NCBI GenBank assembly: GCA_963779845.1
Contig: CAVZZV010000002.1
Location: forward strand, 53,140 to 117,139
From: an uncultured Bacteroidales bacterium
GTDB taxonomy: Bacteria > Bacteroidota > Bacteroidia > Bacteroidales > GCA-2748055
DNA: 64,000 nt
Direction of reading: 5' to 3'
In this document: positions 1 through 8,677 of the stretch, one piece after another
How positions within the stretch are numbered: the stretch's first letter is position 1
Layout: each line of letters begins with the position of its first letter
Notes under the pieces: model-generated
What the model saw: only the letters and a program-made list of their open reading frames with translations
What the model was told of the DNA's origin: nothing
The model's database searches: none
Program-made: the position numbers and the translations under genes

Positions 1-1975
1 ATCGGCGGAACCCGCATTTAAAACAGTAATGTTATTGCTTGGAAAGTCCAGTCGATTAGAGCCTACATTTTCATGATAATTGGCTTCAAAGGAATGGGCG
101 GCCAACACATCAAAACGATGCTTGCCAAGATCTTTCTTATATTCCACCAATTGTTGTAATGTTTTATAACTATTAAAAATATTATTTACCGTCAAACTTG
201 ATGGCGTAAGAAAAACATTGTCATTGAGCCGTTGGGTTGCCTCAAATGCATCGTTCCTCCCGTTCAACTGGGTATATCCCGCCAATCAACGAAACTTTTA
301 AATTTTTAAAAACATCCCAATCCAAGCGGGCATTACTGTTCAAATCTGTTGTTTTGTTTTTATAAAAACCATCACTGGCCAATAACGAAACTGGTGTTCC
401 TACCCCGGCTAATCCTAATCCATAATCCCCATTGCTCAATATCGCAGGATAAATTGCCGGATACCTGAGCACCCAACCGATAATGCCTAAAGTCCCTTGT
501 GCATTGCCAGGAACAGACCCGGGAGTATTTGGCTGGTTATCGAGTGCCTGAATACCGGACAACCTGGTTGTCAATGTCAGGTTTTTTGCCAACTTAGAAG
601 TAAGGTTAAGGCGTATGTTATATCGGTTGTAATCGTTCTTGTCAATAATACCATTTTGGTACAAATATCCCATAGACAACAAATATTGCGTTTCACCCAC
701 TTTTTGTGAAATGGTGAGGTTGTGTGCCGTCTGAACGGAATTGTCTTTAAATATCTCATCAATATAATCCACGTTTGGGTAATGATCCGGGTCGGAACCA
801 TCTTTAAATTTTTGGATTTCTTCATCGGTATAGCCTCCCGCTCCACCTCCGGTTGCTTCATTTAACAATTCTGCATATTCCCACGAATCCACATACTTTG
901 GAAATTTGGAAGGTCTTTGAACCCCAAAATGTGCATTGTAAGAGATTTTAATTTTTTCGCTTTTCCCGGATTTGGTAGTGATCAGGATCACACCATTGGC
1001 TGCACGTGACCCATAAATAGCTGCAGATGACGCATCTTTTAAAACCGATATTTTTTCCACATCGTTTGGATCGATGTTGTCCATTGAATTGACGGGAATT
1101 CCGTCGACCAAGACTAAAGGTTCAGTTCCGGCTCCAAAAGAACCTACACCGCGAATCAGGATGCTCCCTCCCGGTGCCCCTGGTTGTCCGGAACGCTGTA
1201 TGACGGTTACTCCTGAAAGCTGCCCAGTTAGTGCTTGTCGCAACTGAGGAGTTGCCCTTTCATTGATATTTTCGGCATTTATTTGAGAAACCGAACCAAT
1301 AACATCGGCTCTCCTTTGGCTTCCATAACCAACCACTACCACTTCATCAATTGCCTTGAAATCCGTGTTGAGTTGCACATCAATTTTTGACAGGTTATTT
1401 ACCGATATTTCTTGTGTCTGCATCCCGATGAATGAAAAAACCAGCGTGGCATCGCCGGGCACGTTGGCAAGCAAATAGTTCCCATCAGCATTAGTAATGG
1501 TGCCGCTGGAAGATCCTTTCACTTGAACAGTTACACCAGGAAGCGGTTGGCCGCTAGTGTCGGTAACTTTGCCGGAAACGGACTTTTGTTGTTGTTGATT
1601 TTGAGAAAGGAAAGAGGGAGCCAGGATAATTTTCCGGTCAATAATGGTGTAAACCACATCGGTTCCTCTAAAAAGCTTATCAAGTACTATATTAATCTTC
1701 TCGTTATTAGCAGAGAAAGAAACTTCGCGATCTATGTCAACTAGTTTTTCGTTGTAGAGAAAGAAAAACTCTGAGAGTTCTTCAATTTCGTCCATCGCTT
1801 CCACTAATCTGGTATTAGAAAAATTAAGTGAAAGCCTGGCCTTTTGAGAATAGGTATCATTTGCAAAAGCTTGAAGGACAGAAACGAGTAGCAAGAATAG
1901 AGTAATTCGCATAATTCTGAATGTTTTCATTAAATAATGGAAATCACATTCATAAAAAAGTCTTAGTTTTTTCAT
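1..1975 (-). pseudogene. SusC/RagA-family TonB-dependent receptor with N-terminal STN signalling domain. The 3' end runs off the window. There is an apparent 1-nt frameshift near 272-281.
   Basis: ORF 242..1975 has a signal peptide, an STN-like segment (ARLSLNFSNTRLVEAMDEIEE...), a CarboxypepD_reg-like segment (VSGKVTDTSGQPLPGVTVQVKG) and plug motifs (VVVGYGSQRR, ILIRGVGS, VLKDASSAAIYGSRAANGVILITTKSG). After ...KVSLIGG the frame hits a stop. The adjacent frame continues as YTQLNGRNDAFEATQRLNDNVFLTPSSLTVNNIF...HSFEANYHENVGSNRLDF down to base 1. Confidence 0.85.
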
Positions 1976-2021
1976 AAATTTGCAATATTAAAAGTTAAAA
2001 AATTTGAAAAAGTTTTTTGAA

Positions 2022-2050
2022 GGAAATCGTTGGCGCGATTTCCTTTTTTT
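2022..2050. terminator. GC-containing hairpin with a T7 tract between fecR-like and susC-like genes
   Basis: The arms GGAAATCG (2022-2029) and CGATTTCC (2036-2043) are followed by TTTTTTT on the + strand. The hairpin lies downstream of the minus-strand fecR stop at 2102. Confidence 0.4.
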
Positions 2051-2101
2051 GTTTAGTTATGGATCATCTCTTAATTTCATTTTACTTAAATTTTGTTTAG
2101 A

Positions 2102-3151
2102 TTAATAGCCTTTTTTCTTGTACAATATCACTTTCGTTTTCTGTATTGTTCCATCATCCAGTAGTTTTCGATCTGTAATCCGATATCCTATGGGTGAAGT
2201 CATACTCAAATAGCGAAGGACCTCTTCCAGAGAATCATCCTGAAAAGTTCCGCTGAAAACGTACTTTTCTAACTCCTTACCAACCAGCTCCAAATCCACA
2301 TTATACCATCGTTCAATTCGTCGCGTAACTTCTGCCATTGGGTCACCCCGGAATACAAGTTTACCCTCTTTCCATGCAGAAAATTTTGAAGCGTCGGTTG
2401 CTTCAATATTAATAATTCCATCATTAAAAATCAATCGTTCATCAGGTTTCATTTCAATGGCTGTTGTTAGACCTGAAGTAGAAAATTCAACCTTCCCTTC
2501 TTCAAGTACAACCTCCAGGTATTCTTCTTCGGAATAAGAATTGAGGTTAAACTTTGTTCCCAACACCTTCACTTTTGAATCTCCAGCTGCTATTTCAAAT
2601 GGATGTTCTGTATCATGTGCCACATCGAACCAGGCTTCTCCATTCAAAACAATTTGCCTATTATTACTAAACGGAAGACTATAATCGAGAGAAGAGCCAC
2701 TGTTTAGCCATCCTGTGGTGCCATCGGGCAAAGAAAAACTGAACCGTGAACCCAGTGGTGCAAACAAGGTAGATTTTACCGGACTTTCAGCTAAAATTGG
2801 TTCTTCCTGTTTTTGTTCCATAAACCCGATAGCACCGGCTATAAGTATGGGAATAAGCAACACAGCTGCTGCCACCGAGTACCAACGATAAATCTTTTTT
2901 ACAATGGTTTGTTTTTTCTGATTTCCATTTTTATTAATGGTATGGTGAATGCGGTCAAGCAAATACGCAAGGTTATGATTTTCTTCAGGATGATTCTTCA
3001 GATATTCATCAAATTTCTTCTGTATCTGTTGTCTGAATTCGCTATTATCTTCATTATCCGTAAAGAGGGTCAAAATGTATTTTTCCTCCTCTGTATCGGA
3101 AAGTCCGTTACTGAACCGATCCAGTTTATCTATATCTTTTTGATTAAACAT
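2102..3151 (-). CDS. FecR-family anti-sigma factor / transmembrane sensor
   Basis: 349 aa with a central single TM segment (WYSVAAAVLLIPILIAGAIGF) and a FecR-type periplasmic domain with a C-terminal ...VLRYLSMTSPIGYRITDRK... segment. It sits between an ECF sigma gene and an STN-SusC gene. Confidence 0.85.
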   Translation of the reverse strand: MFNQKDIDKLDRFSNGLSDTEEEKYILTLFTDNEDNSEFRQQIQKKFDEYLKNHPEENHNLAYLLDRIHHTINKNGNQKKQTIVKKIYRWYSVAAAVLLIPILIAGAIGFMEQKQEEPILAESPVKSTLFAPLGSRFSFSLPDGTTGWLNSGSSLDYSLPFSNNRQIVLNGEAWFDVAHDTEHPFEIAAGDSKVKVLGTKFNLNSYSEEEYLEVVLEEGKVEFSTSGLTTAIEMKPDERLIFNDGIINIEATDASKFSAWKEGKLVFRGDPMAEVTRRIERWYNVDLELVGKELEKYVFSGTFQDDSLEEVLRYLSMTSPIGYRITDRKLLDDGTIQKTKVILYKKKGY

Positions 3152-3165
3152 TCACTTTTATTTTA

Positions 3166-3197
3166 AAAATCCTCCTTGAAATACAGGAGGATTTTTT
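3166..3197 (-). terminator. Perfect 10-bp hairpin with flanking T/A tracts, 15 nt upstream of the fecR start
   Basis: AAAATCCTCC (3166-3175) pairs with GGAGGATTTT (3186-3195) around a 10-nt loop. T runs follow the stem on both strands. Confidence 0.45.
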
Positions 3198-3360
3198 ACT
3201 TAACTAACTAAACTATCACTATGAAAAAAATGTATAGTCTTCTACCTTATAACTAATATGCTCTCACTAATGAAATCTCACGTAAAAAATGAACTTTTTT
3301 TTCATTTCCAATGAAACCCACCACAAGTAGCGCATATACAGTCTTTTAAAATGGGTGTTT

Positions 3361-3948
3361 TTATTGAATAAAAATAGCGAAGAATAGTAAAAGGGCGAAA
3401 TTCTTTTCGGATAAGTTTTTTCGTAAGAATTTAATAGTAGCTGATATTTGATTATCGACCGTTCCCGGAGCCAGGTTCATTTCATCTGCAATTTCCCGTG
3501 TACTTTTTCCCTCTTTCCGGCTTTTTATAAATATCACTTTTTGCTTTTCAGGAAGTTTATCAATCAACTTTTCAATTTGTTCAAGGGTTGATTTATATTC
3601 CAACTGGTCTTCCAAATTAACGGAAAGGTTTTCTTTAAACCCAATTTCATTTTGAAACTTTACCTGGATTTGCTTTTTCCTGAAAAGCCCACACAGATTA
3701 TGGTAAGTGATAGTAAAAAGATAAGATTTAAGGGAAAATTCTTTTTTTAGGTTAGCACGGTTTTCCCATATTTTGAGAAAAACATCCTGAACAAGCTCTT
3801 CTGTATATTCCTTCGACTTAAGATATTTTAAGGCGAATCCGAACAATCGGTCTCCGTACTTTCTAAAGATCTGGTCAAATGCTTCTATGTCTCCCTTTTG
3901 AAGCTTTTCGACCAATTCATAATCGGAATGATGTTCATATTTAGCCAT
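3361..3948 (-). CDS. ECF-type RNA polymerase sigma-70 factor
   Basis: 195 aa. Region 2-like sequence is FDQIFRKYGDRLFGFALKYL...VQDVFLKIWE. Region 4 HTH is LPEKQKVIFIKSRKEGKSTREIADEMNLAPGTVDNQI. Confidence 0.9.
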   Translation of the reverse strand: MAKYEHHSDYELVEKLQKGDIEAFDQIFRKYGDRLFGFALKYLKSKEYTEELVQDVFLKIWENRANLKKEFSLKSYLFTITYHNLCGLFRKKQIQVKFQNEIGFKENLSVNLEDQLEYKSTLEQIEKLIDKLPEKQKVIFIKSRKEGKSTREIADEMNLAPGTVDNQISATIKFLRKNLSEKNFALLLFFAIFIQ

Positions 3949-4341
3949 TTAAGTTTAAATTTTCTAATACAAATATAAAGAAAAGAAATTTAAGGAAGAT
4001 TTTTGAGATTGCAAAGGAGGAGTTAGGAGTTATTAAACTTCAAATCAAGGATATTGAAGAAAAACAAATACCTGAACTGCTGAAGAAACTGGAAAAAGCT
4101 GGTGCTCCGGCTATTATGGAATAGAGCCTGACAACTTTACTCACCAATGATTTCAAAGTAGCCAGAATCACCAGAAAACCTGACGCTGTTTTTTGATATA
4201 TTCTCAGTTTCCACGGACAATCCGCCACTGCAAATAACCAAGGGTCTGGTCTTGAATGGTAAGCTAAATTCTACCACTTCTCCTCCTGCAGCCAGTCCGG
4301 TTATTCTACGTTCAGAATCATTATTCGAGCGTGAGTCATAA

Positions 4342-6630
4342 CTAAATATGCCCAGTACATGAATTGGTTTCTGTTTGGCTTCTTATACGGACCTTATGTA
4401 ATCCGAAACCCAGGTTCAGTATACCCTTCCGGTTCTCTAAAAAGTTGAGATTATTATCGGTATCCACAAATCCAATATTGGTAGTCTGAGACAAGCTTAG
4501 CTCATCGTCGACATAGACTTCAAGTAACCCTCCCTCAGGATTATCTACATAAGCCACAGATAGATCAGTTCCTAATACATCTATTTCAATAGATTTTCCG
4601 GGCATCAGTGTGATCATTTTCGATCCGTAAGGAGCACCCCATTCTGAGGAAAAATCTAAAACTTTTACTCCTTTGATTTTCCAATTGAGATTATCCATTG
4701 GGAAAAACCGTCTATTGGGATTTATTTTGGAATCAACATAGGTCAATGTAGCGTTTGTACCTTTGATTTCAAGAATATGTCTGTCTCCAAGTCTACAGTG
4801 GCCATGTCTAAACATTGAATTCCGGAGGTCTCTATTGGGTAAGGATCGACGAGATTGCAATTGGATTCCGTCAACGTAGGGTTCAGGAGGTTCATTATCT
4901 ACTCTGCCCCAGCAATTAATGGCGTTATCTTCAAAAATAAACCTGTTTTTTCTTATTCTTGAGCTGGTGGAATCAAAGGTTACCATTTCTCCCTCCCAGC
5001 CATAAGTATTTTCATGAACTCGTTCAGGTAATTGAAGCTGAGCCTGTCCTGTTTCAATAGGATCCCAACACTCGAAGGCTTTTTCAATTTGTTTAAACCA
5101 GAGATAATGGCCAGCAGCTTGTGGATGACCATCTGCCGGAACCAATGCATATCTGTTGCACCATCGTACAAGGTCATCGAATGTTTTACTGAAGTCGATA
5201 TATGGGATTTGATACCTTAAAGACAAGGCTTGTAAGTCCCCCGTATTCGGCGTATAAGATCCGAAATTTTGAAATTGGCAAAAAAGAAATTCTGTATTCG
5301 GATAATGGCTTTGAATCCATCTGATAGAACCCTCAAAAACAGCTACTTCATCGGGGGTATCCGTTTTTTCGTTTGCACCACTTCCGAAAATTACCAAATC
5401 AGGTCTGGGACCCTCTTGGCGGGCAAACAAGTCCGGGTATAGATCTTCCCATGAACTGCCTTCCTTGTGGCCATTAGCGTTTGGATCGGGAGGGATCGAA
5501 AGTGAGCAATATTTCTTTAAACCGGATTGAGCCTCTCCTACTGAAGAACCGCCACATGCCATAAAATTAATACATATTTGATCGGCGGTAAGATTAAACT
5601 TTCGCATCAATTCAAGTTTTAACCTTCCCGCATAGGTAAAATAATGTCGCCATTGTCCGAAATAACCTTCAAGATCAGGACGATTTACCATTGTCGCATT
5701 GAAAAGACCTTCTGCTAGGGGTTGTTTGAAAGTCTCTGATGATGGATCTTCATCATAAAGATACATGGGTGGGTTGGCACTACCAATATCTATACTTGAG
5801 CCCATTACGATAATATGAATTGGCTCCCCTTTCCATAATTTCTGGATGGTCCTGGGTAGGTGTTTATAGTAACTGGTCATTTCTCTGGGCCCGGGTGTTT
5901 CAACGCTTCGGGGTCCCGTTAATGAAAGCTTTGGTGAGTATATGTAAACAGTATCTTCATTGTCAATATTCTCAAACTCTACCCTAATCCCAATGGTATT
6001 AATATCTGAGGAACTGGATATGTTTCCCACGGAAACTTTTCCTTCAATAACTGCATCTTCTATTAAAATTGAGGTTTTGCCAGCATTTTCATTGGAGGCA
6101 ATATATTCCTTGGCCACTACCAGCTCACCTCTTGAATGTCTTGGGAATGTATCCGAGCGGTCCATTCCAAAATCTTCTGGAATCCACTCCCCATCTTCGC
6201 TGTCCAACTTCATGAGCATTATCCTGGCCTTGATTTGATTTCCCTCCTTTTGATAGCCATGTACTGAAAGCCTCAGCTGATCATTGTGAGAAAGACCTGC
6301 TTCGGGTAGGGTAAAAAACTGCCAGATCTTTTTACCTGGCTGAATTGCAACAATATTATGAGTAGAAAAATCTGGGCGGATCATATCTGAAACATGTGAT
6401 TCCCTTATAGTTTCTATGTCTCCCCACGATTCAGTATTCCAGAACGCTGTATTATGAGACGAAAAATTCCCAGGTTGCCCTTCGCGGTGATTGATAAAGG
6501 CATGAAAATCAAAGTTTGAATTCAGCAACAAATTTGCCGAATTGCTTTCAACCTGTGAGAAAGCTGGGAAGATAAAAATGAGTCCAATTATGGGAATCAA
6601 TATCAGCTTTCTTAATTCTAATTCTTTCAT
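4342..6630 (-). CDS. Secreted protein with a central SGNH/GDSL-like hydrolase domain (putative carbohydrate esterase). The C-terminus is possibly extended to 4137 by a frameshift.
   Basis: 762 aa with an N-terminal signal peptide. It has SGNH-like blocks: IIVMGSSIDIGS (block I-like), VIFGSGANE (block III-like) and PADGHPQAAGH (block V-like). It sits in a PUL context. Confidence 0.5.
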   Translation of the reverse strand: MKELELRKLILIPIIGLIFIFPAFSQVESNSANLLLNSNFDFHAFINHREGQPGNFSSHNTAFWNTESWGDIETIRESHVSDMIRPDFSTHNIVAIQPGKKIWQFFTLPEAGLSHNDQLRLSVHGYQKEGNQIKARIMLMKLDSEDGEWIPEDFGMDRSDTFPRHSRGELVVAKEYIASNENAGKTSILIEDAVIEGKVSVGNISSSSDINTIGIRVEFENIDNEDTVYIYSPKLSLTGPRSVETPGPREMTSYYKHLPRTIQKLWKGEPIHIIVMGSSIDIGSANPPMYLYDEDPSSETFKQPLAEGLFNATMVNRPDLEGYFGQWRHYFTYAGRLKLELMRKFNLTADQICINFMACGGSSVGEAQSGLKKYCSLSIPPDPNANGHKEGSSWEDLYPDLFARQEGPRPDLVIFGSGANEKTDTPDEVAVFEGSIRWIQSHYPNTEFLFCQFQNFGSYTPNTGDLQALSLRYQIPYIDFSKTFDDLVRWCNRYALVPADGHPQAAGHYLWFKQIEKAFECWDPIETGQAQLQLPERVHENTYGWEGEMVTFDSTSSRIRKNRFIFEDNAINCWGRVDNEPPEPYVDGIQLQSRRSLPNRDLRNSMFRHGHCRLGDRHILEIKGTNATLTYVDSKINPNRRFFPMDNLNWKIKGVKVLDFSSEWGAPYGSKMITLMPGKSIEIDVLGTDLSVAYVDNPEGGLLEVYVDDELSLSQTTNIGFVDTDNNLNFLENRKGILNLGFGLHKVRIRSQTETNSCTGHI

Positions 6631-6754
6631 AGAGTTTTATTTAAATACTTGTCTTTTAATTGCCTGGACTAAAAGGTGGGGATTCTGTTCCAAGATGAAA
6701 TCAAAATTGTATGCACTTTGGACTCACTTTAATTATACACCACCTGAAAATCTA

Positions 6755-8180
6755 TTAAACAATTACTGGATGATCCACAATCTCTTCTGTTGTCCTGTCC
6801 CAGTAAAGTTTTTTTCCTTCCCGATAAGCTTGTGTGGCCATAATGCTGGCTACAGAATGCCAGAAACCGGTATGAATGTTCCCATTGGGTACTTTACTTC
6901 TTTCCCTCATGCAATCAATCCAATTATCTAGGTGATATCTGCTGTTATCACTAACGTTAACAGGGCCCATTTTCATCTCATATTCTTCGGTGGTTATGAT
7001 TTCTGCTTTTCCACCTTTAACAGCCTCTTTCATACCTTCATAAAAATCAAAGCCACCTGGCAAGATGCTGATGCTCGGGAATAAAAAACCAGCGGGAACT
7101 ACCTTCTCCTCCATGTGCGAACAAGGTTCCCTCTTTTCCCCGGATACAGGTGTAATCGCCAAATTTATTTGCATAATTTGAGGTGTAGGAATGTAAGAAA
7201 CTTTGCATCGTCATAGATTGCCAGTGCCTGGAAGGTGTCAGGGTTTTGACGAATATCCGGCCAGCCAAATATTCCACCATTTGCTACCATCGAATCAGGA
7301 ATAGCTGTATCTGTATAAAAATGAACTAATCCGCTGGCATGACTCATCCATTGTGAGGTAATCCCGCCAGAATAATCACGAAATATCCTGAATTCAAAAT
7401 ATTTCCATGGATCGAACGGAACATAGGGCTTACCAAGAAGCCAGCGGTTCCAGTCGGTATCTTCTTCTCTTATAGCGGCAACATCCGGATCTTCGGAACA
7501 TGCCAGCGGTGATCATTGTCATTCCAGACTTGTTCGATCTTTGTTATTTGTCCAAGTTTTCCTGAGCGAACAATTTCACGTACTTTCAATTGAATAGGAT
7601 CGCTTACCCATTGCGAACCCAATTGTACCACCTGATTAGAAGCGAGAACAGCACTTCGAGCCAATTTTGCATCTTTCACATCGATAGCCATGGGTTTTTC
7701 ACAATAACAATCTTTGCCTGCTTTTACTACCTCTGCCAATAGCTTTGCATGCTGAAAATCACCTGTACCGATCATGACAGCATCAAGTGATGGCATGTTT
7801 AGCATTTCTTCTGAATATTTAAACTGTTTCACATCTGCCCCAAATAATTTTTTGCAATTGGCGGCAGCCTTTTCTTTATTGTTTTTCCAAATATCACATA
7901 CGGCAACTACACCGAGGTTTTTGTCTTTCGCTGATGTGTTCACCATACTCTGATGCCCAGTGCTCCGGGAACCACAGCCCAAAAATCCAATATTAATCCG
8001 ATCATTGGAACCAATAATTCGTTTATAGGAAACTGCGCTCATAGGCAACGCACCGGATGTAACAGAGATGCCTGCTAAACCAGCTGCTGTTTTACCAATG
8101 AAATTTCTACGTGATACACTTTTTTTAGTCATCATGAGTGTATTTTTAATTAATTGGGTTCTGTCGCATCTTTTCAACAA
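6755..8180 (-). pseudogene. Tat-signal Gfo/Idh/MocA-family oxidoreductase, broken into at least 4 reading-frame segments
   Basis: The N-terminal ORF 7470..8180 has a twin-arginine motif (SRRNFIGKTAAGLAG) and a Rossmann segment (INIGFLGCGSRS). The C-terminal half continues across ORFs 7165..7347(+upstream), 7047..7280 and 6755..7174 in other frames. Confidence 0.75.
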
Positions 8181-8265
8181 TCGACTAAAATACTAAATTA
8201 AATTTTAATCTATGTGAAATCCCCCCGAAAAAATGAGCCAGTCTAAAATGGATATTTTTTCTATG

Positions 8266-8312
8266 TGGAGCATATTGGAATCGAACCGATGACCTCTTGA
8301 CTGCCAGTCAAA
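8266..8312 (-). other. tRNA 3'-half remnant (anticodon arm, variable loop, T arm and acceptor 3' strand, with no 5' half)
   Basis: The minus strand reads TTTGACTGGCAGTCAAGAGGTCATCGGTTCGATTCCAATATGCTCCA. This gives a 5-bp anticodon stem, a 7-nt loop CTGGCAG, a GGTTCGATTCC T-loop and an acceptor strand plus A. Upstream there is no sequence complementary to the acceptor (GGAGCAT absent). Confidence 0.5.
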
Positions 8313-8677
8313 TTTATGTCTTTCCTATATTTTCCTATTCTTGGTTAATAATTGACTATCAGTAATAAAATGGATATGGGATTTATTTAAATGACACAAC
8401 CCGATTCTCCCAAAAGTCCAACCCAGAAATACCGTTTAACAGCTAAAGGAAAGGAAGTAAAAATCCAATTAGAAAATAATTCGTCGAAATAATAGTGAGT
8501 ATAAAAATTACCTGTGTTGGTGTTAAATTTTTAAAAAGTTTAACAGTAAATTACGGGAATCAAATCTTTTTGAAATAAGTCTGTACAAAAATAATAGTAA
8601 CCTTTATTCCTGAACGAAATATTCCTTTTACCAAAAAGAAATCTCATCTACTTATTAATTTCCTGTGCATCAACATT

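Noticed and set aside
4040-4228. 62-aa minus-strand ORF between the sigma factor and the SGNH-like gene
   Set aside because: It has low-complexity composition and overlaps, in a different frame, the more plausible C-terminal continuation of the SGNH-like gene. It has no start context.
6542-6931. 129-aa plus-strand ORF spanning the gap between the SGNH-like gene and the oxidoreductase pseudogene
   Set aside because: It overlaps the 5' end of one minus-strand gene and the 3' end of another. It has no motifs and its composition is typical of antisense translation.
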